DNA from: Amphiscolops sp. MND2022 | Taxonomy: Eukaryota | Direction of reading: 5' to 3' | Assembly (NCBI GenBank): GCA_964187785.1 | Contig: OZ076417.1 | Span: forward strand, 23,126,001-23,190,000 | Length of the DNA stretch: 64,000 nt | Part shown: one piece after another, positions 1 through 11,600 of the stretch | How the letters are laid out: each line of letters begins with the position of its first letter | How positions within the stretch are numbered: position 1 is the stretch's first letter | Notes under the pieces: generated by a model | What the model saw: the letters and a program-made list of their open reading frames with translations, nothing else | Database searches by the model: none | Told to the model about the DNA's origin: nothing | Translations under genes and position numbers: made by a program

Positions 1-122
1 TCTAATTGCTTGGGTCTAAAAGAATTAGATCTAACTGTTAGGTCTAACTTTCAGATCTAATTTTATCTAAAATACTTAGGTCTAACCCCTTTATGATCTA
101 ATATGTGTTCTGAAAGTGAAAG

Positions 123-325
123 TATAATGTAGGGCATATGCGATGTATGCACGCTCGCTCTCACCGTCGCAAAGACCAGCTGCCACTACGATCACTTCGC
201 GACCTCCGTTCCCGCTAGGTCTTTGCTCCTGTTCGACCTCGCTTAGCAACTGGGAATATAAGCGGCCCCAAGGGGCCGCTGGGCACTAGAGGAAATCGGG
301 ACATATCCGATGCACGTTTTATACT
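123..325 (-). repeat. ~200-bp GC-rich structured repeat, copy 1 (inverted relative to copies 2 and 3)
   Basis: Reverse complement of 923-1126 and ~1489-1678. Contains the hairpin GCGGCCCC-AA-GGGGCCGC. Confidence 0.85.
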
Positions 326-922
326 TTATCACTTTTTAGTTTTGGATCCTAATTGACTTATTTTTTCTCCCAAATTAGATCAAATTAGAAGAGATTTTTA
401 GACCTGATTATTTAGATCAATTTATTTAGATCTCACTTTTGCACCCTCTCTTAGATCTATTTCATTAGACCTGATTCCACGTAGCCACTGTATATGACCC
501 CATTTTAGGTGAGGAGAAGTACCTAATCTATTTTAAACGCTTCGCAGGAGCAAAAACTGGATACGGGACAATTGGTAAATGGTCACTTGGCTTAATGCTA
601 TTTGGCTTGAAGTTATTTGGCCTAATATAATTGGCCACTTGGCTTAAGCTAAGTGTCTCGGGTATTGGTCACTTGGGGTGACACGAAACGGGTCGAAATA
701 ATCCGGTCGAATTGCAAGGGCGAAACTGTGATCGAACGAAATTGATCGAAGTAAAATGATCGAATAAAATGGTCGAAAGTTTGCAAAAAACGGACCTATA
801 CCGAATAGAAAAATAGGAAAAGCGTCGAACAACTAGAAAGTGGTCAGAAATGCTCAAAAAATGTCAAAGCGTTCAGAAATGCGATTTTTTGCAGAATGGA
901 CGGACTTTAACGCGGTTTTTTT

Positions 923-1126
923 AGTACAAAACGTGCCTCGGATATGTCCCCATTTACACTAGTGCCCCGCGGCCCCTTGGGGCCGCTTATATTCCCATCT
1001 TGCTAAGCGAGGTCGAACAGGAGCAAAGACCTAGCGGGAACGGAGATCGCGAAGCGATCGTAGTGGGAGCTGGTCTTTGCGACGGTGAGGGCGAGCGTGC
1101 ATACATCGCATATGCCCCACATTATA
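923..1126 (+). repeat. ~200-bp GC-rich structured repeat, copy 2
   Basis: Near-identical to ~1489-1678 and the inverted partner of 123-325. Confidence 0.85.
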
Positions 1127-1488
1127 TAAACTAAAAGTCTCTGCCATTTGATGTGTTCACGACCGCGGTCACCCATAACCAAACCTGAAATTAGATTAAA
1201 TAAGATTGTTGGTTAATTTTTTCGACTAAATTCTATCTTGAAAAGCAGTTCGACCTTAATCGTTCGATCAAAAAATGCTACATATTCAATTTCGACCCAA
1301 TTATTTTTCGACCAGTTTCGACCTCAGTTTTTTCGACCAAACTTTTTCGACCTGGTTATACGTCGCCGGTCACTTGGCTTAAAGTCATTTGACCTAAAAC
1401 CACTTAGTTGAAAACACGTGGCAGGTTTTGTCGAATTTATCTTTATAACGTAGTCAGCGTATTATTATAACATGTCATATCAAGTACC

Positions 1489-1678
1489 CCTCGGATATGT
1501 CCCCATTTCCTCTAGTGCCCTGCGGCCCTTTGGGGCCGCCTATATTCCCATCTTGCTAAGCGAGGTCGAACAGGAGCAAAGACCTAGCGGGAACGAAGAT
1601 CGCGAAGCGATCGTAGTGGGAGCTGGTCTTTGCGACGGTGAGGGCGAGCGTGCATACACTGCATATGTCCCACATTAT
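1489..1678 (+). repeat. ~200-bp GC-rich structured repeat, copy 3
   Basis: Direct repeat of ~936-1124 with a few substitutions. Confidence 0.85.
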
Positions 1679-2650
1679 GATATTTCCGGGAGTTGACATA
1701 TTTATTCCTTGAGTTGGAATGGAGTTGGCTTAATTTTGTGGTCACTTGGCTTAAAATTTTTAAGTCGAATGACTCGACAAAAATATTAAGCCAAATGGTA
1801 TTAAGCCAAGTGACTGGTAACCGGACAATTTGCCGAACGTGAAGGACAATTTGCCGAAAGTTATTCGGCAAATTGTCCCGTATCCAAACGGAACACTTCG
1901 ATCTCAAAATTTTCGATCCATTTTCGATCTCGCTTTTCTATCACACCAAAATTCGATCTCAAATTACCCTACCCTTTTTTATAGATTCACGAAAAATAGT
2001 GAACATCCTTGAAGCTGAACATCTTGAATTGCGATCAGAAAAGTCAAACACCAGCTACTCCAATTGTTTTGGAAGAAGTTTGCAGACTTCGATGAAAGTC
2101 TTTCTTGTTCATGGAGAATTGGTTGCGATTGGACTAGAAACAATTGCCGGGGCAAGTGGAACTAGGCGAAGTATCACGGGTCGTTTGCTATAGCTCAATC
2201 CGCTGACGACCTGCAAGAGAAAAACCGGAGGCAGCTCCTTGAAAGAAGAAATCTCACTTACCACGTGATTGAGTGACTGTGGCAGTGTGAGAAACCGCTT
2301 GCGTATCTCCGCAGAAGCCGCTTGCGGATCTCCACAGAAGCCCTACTATTACTATTGATACCTTGCTTCAAGAAGCTTCCGGCTCACTGGCCACCGTGCG
2401 AACGACATAAGTTTACAGATACTCTTGACGCTTGTTTTCGCGGTTGTGGATATGTCAATCGTTTGATTCGCGTTCGTTTTTCGGATTAGTTTCTTTTCAA
2501 ATACAGATTTCGGCAAATGACGGAGGCCAACGGGGAAAGAAATTTTGTCTTGGATGTACAATTCTTTGTATCGTTACGATGAGCAGACATTGGGGAATTA
2601 AGAATTGCCATATCTCACCTGGCGAAATATGACTTTTCAGAACTTCTGCT

Positions 2651-5600
2651 ATGGCTGATTACCGGGGCGCAGCGAGCGAGGCGAAGAGGGCGATGGTGCT
2701 GATTCGCAAACGAGAAAAAGAGAAGGAAGAAATGGAAATGAAGAAACAAAAAATTACGGATGTACGTTTTGATTACTGATTTTCTTATCTCCCGTAGCAC
2801 ACAATCAAGATTGTCGTTTTATCCATTGAAAATCCTTGTTTCACTACTGTTGCCTTCATTTTTAGTGCTTCTCCGGAAAAAGCAGGCAGGATTTTTTGAG
2901 GTTTTCATTGGCGAGAAACAACTTTTAAAAGATACCCCCCCCCCAGAAATGGAATATATAACCAATATATATGAACACTCAAAACCGAAGCCAAATTATA
3001 AAAAAAACTGCAGGGGAATCTCTTGAAAAATTAAGTTTTTCATGAAAAAGTCGCACACAGTACTGAAAATGACCCTCAATTTTTCTCAAAAACTCACTTT
3101 AATTTTTATGAAATTTAACAGTAATTCTACACCCAAAGGTGCTCTTTTGTGTACTATGACATCAAAATCTTATGACTGGGATTTAAGAAAGAGCCAAATT
3201 TAGTCTAAAAATGTCAGAAAACAGTCATTTTTGGACTTTTTCCATTGGAACGAAACTTTTTAAACAATCATTCTACACCGTATTAGGGTCCTATGTGTGC
3301 AATGACATCAAAATCGTATGACTGGGATCTAAGAAACCTAGCCGAAATTAGTCCAGAATTATATACGTTTTTGCTGTTTTCTGCGTAAAATAGCTTTCAT
3401 TTTGTATTTAGTTTCCACACTAACTTTTTATGCGTAAGAAATTTGCTTTTTACGTATAAAGAGTAATATAGTGTTTTTTTTAGAGTGGCGAACATGAATT
3501 TAAAGATCGTTTCTGTCCGAGGTGTCCAAACGGAGTTCTTCCCAAACAATGTTTAATAGAAAGTCTATGATATTTCGATTGAATCAAGTGAACCAGTATT
3601 GCGCTTTTTCGTTTTTTTTGGAGCATCTCTTAGGTTCCCGAGAAACTATAAATGAAATTGAAAATTTCAGTTTTTCGAGAAGTTTCCCTTATGAGTTAAT
3701 AACTTATGACTAGAAGTCAATTCCTTTGTGTGCAGTCACCTTTCAAGAAAACAGTACACCCACTCGTGTGCAAGTGCATTTTGCTCCCATTTTTGAAAAC
3801 GTGTTGTAAGAAATGCTTGTTTCCTGTGTTTTAGCTTTGCCCACCATTTATGTGTCTATTATTTAAATGTAAACTTTTTTGGTTGCTATTTGTCTTATAT
3901 CATGACTTTTTGACTGTTTAGGAAGCCGCCGCTGCAGCGGACATCAAAAACAAGTTCGCTTCCTATTATGACGTCTTCGAAGAGCAACTCAAAGATAGCA
4001 CAGTTGGTTAGTTCAAGTTTCGTTATTCTTACGAATGATAGTATTATATTGAATATTGAAAAGAGCGTTTTTTTGGGAAACGTCATTTGTGAGAACGTCT
4101 GATGATGACCTAATGAAATAATATTTTGAATGGAAAAAATTTGTTGCTTTCAACTATTATCAATATAGGGATCCCGGATATAAGAAACCCAACCTATAAG
4201 AAGCACCCGTTTAAATATAATCAATGCCTATCTTGGCCCCGACTTATTATTTTTGATCCCGCTTATCGAAAAAGTTTTATATTAAACACCGCTAGTCGCT
4301 CCGTTGACGTTGATTATCCGGGATCCACTGTAATATCTCACAAAAAATCGTGTTTGTCTTTTTTCACCGTGTGAGCCAAGTTTTTTGTCGCGCTGAACTC
4401 TCTAATCCTCATCCTCTTAACCCTAATTGACCTGGGCGTTTTTGCAAGTTTTCAAAAAAATTGGAAAAAGATTTTTTTTAATTATAATATCTCAACAACT
4501 ACGCGTACAAGAGAACTATAGCGCTTTTAAAAGGTCTGGTATTGGGCTTCCATTTTGCTCAGGTTAGCCCCTGTCGCCGCGCGCCCCCTTCTCCAGAATT
4601 TTAGTTTCTTTTTCCGGTATCTCCGCTTCGCGGCATTTCTGCACTACGTGCGGCCCGCTGCGCGGGGCTTGTAGTAACAACAGGATATTATTGGGGTTTG
4701 TTGCACAAGCACTTGTCGTGGAAGGGTAAGGGGCTGCTTTTTCTATTGGTAAAGACATTTGAGAAAACTGGATTTCGCCAAAAAGTGAATTTTGGAAAAG
4801 TATAACCATTTTTTGCGCAAAAGAAAACATTTTTCCCAGATTTGGAAACATTCACTTTTACTAATGCTTGTGCCATTCAAATCCATCTGGGTACCAAAGA
4901 ACAGATGAAACAAAAATTTGCTAGAGGATATGGGCTGTTGGCGCAAAGAAACAACAATTGAAAACGGTAGGCTGCTTTAACCTTAAGTTGACCAGGAAAA
5001 TTCTGGATCCATCCAAAAATCGGGTGCTTGAACTTTAAACCGCAATATCTCCTCAACTATTCAAGTCCGACGAACAATTTTTACAGCGTTCGAAACAGGA
5101 GCATCACGGCTTTCAAACCAATTTCTAAACTTTTGTTGACACTTGGATCAAAGCGAACAAAATGAAATGCAACTTCGACAAGTCTAAAGCTGATATATTC
5201 TCTACGAGTTCTTCACCACTGGATCTTGGTCAGCTAGATATAGTCATTAAACCTCATTTGAAATACCTTGGAGTCGAAATCAATGAACGTTTGCCTTTCA
5301 AAGATCACATTCATAAAATTAAAACTAAATTATTTTTCTGTAATTACATTGTCTTACGTTCAGGAGCGCTTCTAACCAGAACTGAGTTGTTAATCTATTA
5401 CAGAACATATGTCAAGCCGATTGTACAGTATGGCGTTTTAGTTGATGGTTGCACTGCCTATTCTAATCTCCACGAAAGTATTCGATCTATCTGTTTTCTA
5501 CCTAAATACGCTAATGTGACTGATTATATGACTGAACATGAACTTCCAGCTGTTTACGAGCTACACATTTATGAGCTTTTCAAATTTGTTTTGACCTGAA

Positions 5601-8600
5601 TTCGGGAAGAACATTCGCATGAATCGCTAAATGAAATGTTAACACTCCAAAATTCTAATTATTCTTTACGCTCTATGGATAGACTAGAGTCTTCGGTTCC
5701 TTTCGGAAACACGAAGAAATTCAATCATTCGTTAGCGAAACGGGTTCCTAAATTAGTCAATAACTTATCTAGAAATGGTATCTTACCTGACAATTCAACA
5801 CCTGACAATTCAACAATAAAATCCTACAGTCTCTATCAGATTAATCGTAACCGTGATAATATTTTCAAAAGTTTCATCATAGGTAATCCAGAGTTTGTAG
5901 ACTTCGTCCTCGATGTCCGGAAATGATCGTTTCAGATTATCGAACACGACTTTTTTCATTTTCTGTTGGGATGACTGACAAAAAGAATCATTGGAATCTT
6001 CCTATCTCCCATTAGCTTCCGCCCCTGATGTAAAAAATCCTGCGTTAGTGTTCCAATGAGCTCTTATCTATGGTCCCGTGATCATCGTAGGCTCTTGGAC
6101 CAGTTAAGTCGAGTATCAGGTGTGCGGAAGCTGTTATTATAATGAGGGTTATCAGTGCTCACGAGTTTCAATTTTTTCACCTTTTTCGTGCTGGTTTCAG
6201 TCATTTATTCGTCTCCTCTGTAAAATAGCAATCAAACTTGAAAAAAAACGTGGCCCCCACCCGAAGTAAACAATATAAACTTGTGCTTCTAAATGTTCGA
6301 GGCATTAAAAGCAAACTTAAGCTGAATGAAATCTACAATGTAGTAACTGAACATGATGTAATTGGGTTAACAGAAACGCTGTCAAACGCTTTTGATTTTG
6401 AGAATCTAGAAACTCATGAAGTTTTCAGTGGAAGTGATAAATTAAATCTCAAAGGTTTTAGGGGTCTTGCCCTTGTTGTACGGAAGTCGTTAAAATACAA
6501 ATTTTCGGAAACTGATCCAGGGCTTTGGGTCCATGTTGAAGTAGGAGGATACAACTTTTCGATTGGGCTGTATTATGCGCCTTGCGAGGGATCAAAACAC
6601 TGGGATGTAAACTTCTTCGACGAGATCCAAGCAGACGTACTACATTACAAGTGTCAGGACCGTAATGTGATTATAATGGGAGACTTTAATGGGCGTACTG
6701 GAGAAAACGATGATTACATAGAAATTGAAGATGAATTAAATGATATGATTCATAGGAGTAACTGTGACAAGCTAGTAAATACTAATGGACGCCTATTGTT
6801 GGATATGTGCAAAACTACTGAAATGAGTATTGTTAACGGAAGGGTAGGGGATGACAAGGGGATTGGTGCTTTCACTTGTCACACTCATAATGGTAGGAGC
6901 CTTATTGACTACTTCCTTGTCAACAGCTCGGCCTTAAGCCTAATTGACAATATCACAGTCTGGCCATTTGACCCTTGTCTCTCCGACGTTCACTGTGTGA
7001 TCGTAATGAGAATATCAAATACCGAAAAGCATACCGCTCCAATGAAGGAATGTGTCTCTAAAAGAATTAGGAAATGGAACGATGAAATGAAAAGCAGCTA
7101 CAAATGTGATCCACACTTCAATGAAATGACGGACATTGATGCACTCCTGGAATCTGAATTGAATACCCTTCAAGCCCTGAACGAAACAAATTCCTTATTA
7201 GTGAATGTCATAAAAAAATCAGCCCTGAATTGTGGCGCACTACGTTATGTTTCGGGCCAAACTAAAGCAAAGTATAGTTCGTGGTTTGATAGGGACTGTA
7301 AACTCCAGCGGTCAATTTATCGGAGAAAACTACGAAATGCTTTGAGGCGAAATGACCAAGACCGTAGGAGATCCGCATTTCGTGAATACAAGCGTTTCTT
7401 GCAGAAAAAAAGGTCTGCAATGTCTGCAAAAACTAACGGTTTTTTGCGGAACATGAAGTCTAGTGATCCTAAGGGCTATTGGTCTTTGCTGAAAAGTTTT
7501 ACTAAGAGCGATGTAAACATACCGATTGATAAGACAACTGTCTTCCAACATTTCAAAAACCTCAGTAGTGCCTCGAACTCTAATATAGTTGAAAGTCATT
7601 ATAATGTTGCTGAAGTGAATGTGACTATTAATAAAAGTTTTAGTGTTGATGAAATTTGTTGCTGTTTAAAAAAAATAAAGAATGGAAAGTCAGCTGGTCA
7701 TGATGATATCTTTCCGGAGTTTCTTAAGTATGCACCTGAGAAACTTGTTGTGGTGATTACGAAGTTCTTTAATGCAATTCTTGATAGAGGGGAAGTGCCC
7801 GATGATTGGGCACTTTCAGTGTACTGCCCAGTCTATAAAAAAGGTGATAGAAAAGACATAAATAACTACAGAGGAATATCTCTTGCAAATTGTCTGTGTA
7901 AATTGTTTACCTCTCTTCTAGCGGAAAGAATGCAGAAAGACCTAGAGAGCAGACGAGTGTTAGGAATAGAACAAGCAGGTTTTAGGGAAAGTATGGGGTG
8001 CACTGATCACGCTTTTGTCCTTTATACTATAGTATCATTCTACTTAGCCCAAAGAAAAAGGCTGTTTGTCACATTCATTGACTATGAGAAAGCGTTCGAT
8101 CGCGTTGATCATAATTTACTCTGGATGAAGTTGGCTTCATGTACGATTAATGGTAAAGTCCTGTCGGTCATAAAGAACCTTTATGAAAAAACAAAAGCGT
8201 GTGTAAACGTTAATGGGTCTCTTACCGATGTTTTTGAATGTCGAATAGGAGTAAGGCAAGGTGATAATCTATCACCTCTACTCTTCATTGTGTTTTTGAA
8301 TGACTTCCAAACCTTCGTGTCGTCGAAGTTCACTGGCCTGCAACCAGATGTTTTAGCCCAAAATGTACAATGTTTTTTGAAGCTTTTTGTGCTTCTGTAT
8401 GCGGATGATACACTGCTGTTAACCGAAACAGAGAGTGACATGCAGAGAGCAGTTGATGCGACCTTGCTATACTGCAAGCAAAACAGAATGAATATAAATA
8501 TTGATAAAACAAAGTATATGATTTTTTCTAGGGGTAAAGTACGAAAAACCGTTCCCATACTTGCTGAAGGTAAAGCACTTGAGCGTGTTGACACATTCTG

Positions 8601-11600
8601 CTACTTGGGAATCGTCTTTCGGTATAACAATATGTTTCAAGCTGCCATGAAATATAACATCGATAAAGCAAAAAAAGCAATGTTCAAAATGGAAACCCTG
8701 CTTGGTAAAGTTGATCTAGAAATTGAGACGAAGCTACATCTTTTTGATACGATGGTTCTACCGATCTTGATCTATGGGTGCGAGGTTTGGGGTTTTGAAG
8801 AAATTGAGCAAATTGAAGTTTTCCATAGGAATTTTTTGCGGCGTGTTTTACGTGTACGGAAAAGTGTCCCAAAAGGTATGATATATGGTGAACTAGGACG
8901 TCAAGAACTTAAATTTATTATCTGGCAAAGAATGGCTAACTTCTGGAAGAAAATCAATGTGCAACATAATTCATTTTCAAGTATAACGTTCCAATGGATG
9001 AATAAAAATGTCCAGATAACAGCATGGCACCAAAGAATAAGGCAAATTTTGATTAACTGTGGTATACCATTTGCCGAGATGTATGCAGGCTATATCGCTG
9101 ATGCAGAATTCAAAAAGTATGTGAAAGACAGATGCAATGAACTTGCATTTCAATCGTGGCAAGGTATGATACATAATAACTCGCTCTGTGACAACTACCG
9201 ACTGTATAAACATCGATTGGAACTTGAAACTTACTTGAAATTACTGAAGGGTCCAGCGAAATGGAGATTAGTTGACTTCAGGTGTGCTTCGTCAGCACAC
9301 CCCAAAGTAATAACACGATATCTAGGACGTCCGGCAGAAGAATGTACACTATGTGGGCTGCCAGGAACTCCAGATGAGTACCATCTCCTGTTTGTGTGTG
9401 TAAAAAGTTTGAAAATAGACGTAAGATCCTTTTACCCGGACTTTATCAATCATCCCCGAATGTTATCAAGTATGACCAGCTGATGAATACCAATAATATA
9501 AAGCTCTTGAAAAATCTTTCTGTTTTATGTGGTGCTATCCATGATATGCTTCTACACACCTCAGCTGAAACAATGTTTAGTTCGTTAAATTTGTAAGCCT
9601 GCGGGCAACAAATAATAATAATAAATCTTCATGCAAATCTTCATGCTGTCAATGGCGACTCCTCCCACAGGAAGGTATTCCACGGGATGAAAACCTTCCA
9701 TCAAGATGTTTCAGCTAGACTAGGATACTACTTTTTTCATTGACAATAATTGCGGGTATATTGAATTTTCGTTATCCACAAGAAGTTATATCCATGCATG
9801 AGTTTTTTCTCACTTCATCTGATCGAGTATTCATTTGTCCTTAACAACGTCGCCAGTACACTAGGGGTATCTCTCAGGAACAGTTACTGTCGCTTCTAGA
9901 TTCGGTCTCGAAGCTTTTATTTTGTTAGAACTCGGCTTTCTTTTTCTCTGCAATGCAAGAAAAGTCCATACAAGAGAAAAGTAAAAAAAATAATATATTA
10001 CAAAAAACAATATAGGACACAACTCATTTCGATTGCGTGGATTAAGACGTCCGTCAAGCGGGCGTTTGCCTTTGGAAGTCTTTTCTGTTGAATTTCTGTA
10101 TTTTTCTTCTTGATATTGTTCTTTATTATTCAACAGATAAAATTATATTATAATGTCGTCTGAAAATCTTTTTCAAGAGTTTTCTTTACCATACAATCAG
10201 CTGGTGCGTTTAGAATTTCCAGAAACTGAATTGCCGAATTCGGCACAGTGGCCAAGTTAAGGTTAAAGTACCACTAGGTTAATTAGGGTTAACTATTATG
10301 TTCATATTTCGAAAGATTAATATCTATTTTTTTTCAATACATCGTGTTCAACGAATAACATTTTTAGGTCTTATCTCATTGGATGAAATGAAGGCTAAAC
10401 AGACACAGATAATCAAGGACAAAGAGTCGGAACTCATCTCTAAAGCTGTTGTGGATACCAGGTAAAAGCTTTTTCTTGCTTCAATCTTGCTATTGTAATT
10501 CTCAAAGCTGTTTCTTTCTGAACTTATGGAAAATATTGTTTCAATTAATAAATTATAGCACCTTCAAATCACCAGAACCCGGTTTCTATACAGCTCCCCC
10601 GACAGGTTCTTTGTCATTCGCATTTGACGACGAAGAAAAAGACAGCGAAGACGAAGATGAAGAGTCAAGTGAAAAAGTTGATGTTTCCAAGTTCAAGAAA
10701 TTCAAAAAGAATCCAAATGTCGATACTAGTTTTCTCCCTGATGCCGCACGAGACGTGAGTTTTGTTATTTTCTATCGTTAGATTTCTGTTAACACCAATT
10801 GTTCACTATTTTCTCAACTTGAGTTTTCTAGAAACGCATCATGTTTGAAAACATCCGATAGGAACCAATTTTAGCGTTTCACTTTAACTGTTAAAAGTGA
10901 CAGCCAAATGTTGTTGCAAGATCGCAATGCAGCAATACTTTGACGATTTTCCTTATTGCTTCTTCAATACTTGGCCTAATTTGTCATAATTTCGCAGAGA
11001 AACCACCTTCTGATCAATCATTGACCATATAAGCAATCCCGAAAGCATCCTGATCTGTCAACACGTTTGCAGTATCCATAATGGTTAACGGTCGACTGAA
11101 AGCGTGACGTTGTTTACCGCGTCATTCATGGTTGTTGTTTCGTTTTTTGATTGAATGATTGTGTGTTGTATTGTTTGTTGTTCTTTGTTTGAGGTCCTTT
11201 CCAGGAGCAGGAGGCGGAGCTGAGGGAGAGTCTGAAGCAAGACTGGCTGCAGAGACAACAGAGGATAAAAGACCAGGTGCTCAAGATTGAGTACTCCTAC
11301 TGGGACGGGTCCGGACACAAACGCGAAATGCTGGTACGCAGTTGCATACACGTGCATGTTAAATCCCTTTACTGTGGAATCCGCCTAATTCGTATCGCAA
11401 GGGACCCAATAAAACAGTACGCATAATGAGAAATATGAAGTAACCGGAGGTCTTCGCAAAATGGGGTGTCAGATACATACGAATTGACAAAGACCCGAAT
11501 TAGCCGGATACCAATTAGCCGGAGTTGACTGTATATTTGTTTAATGGTAAAAACCGATTAAGAATGTATAAACACATATGGGTCTGCTCTTCAATGTGAA

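Noticed and set aside
1472-1696. 74-aa ORF MSYQVPLGYV..
   Set aside because: It lies entirely within the 200-bp structured repeat and is a chance frame in GC-rich repeat DNA.
9624-9647. 12-bp tandem AAATCTTCATGC after the LINE tail as a TSD
   Set aside because: Both copies are on the 3' side and I found no match at the 5' end, so it is not a demonstrable target-site duplication.
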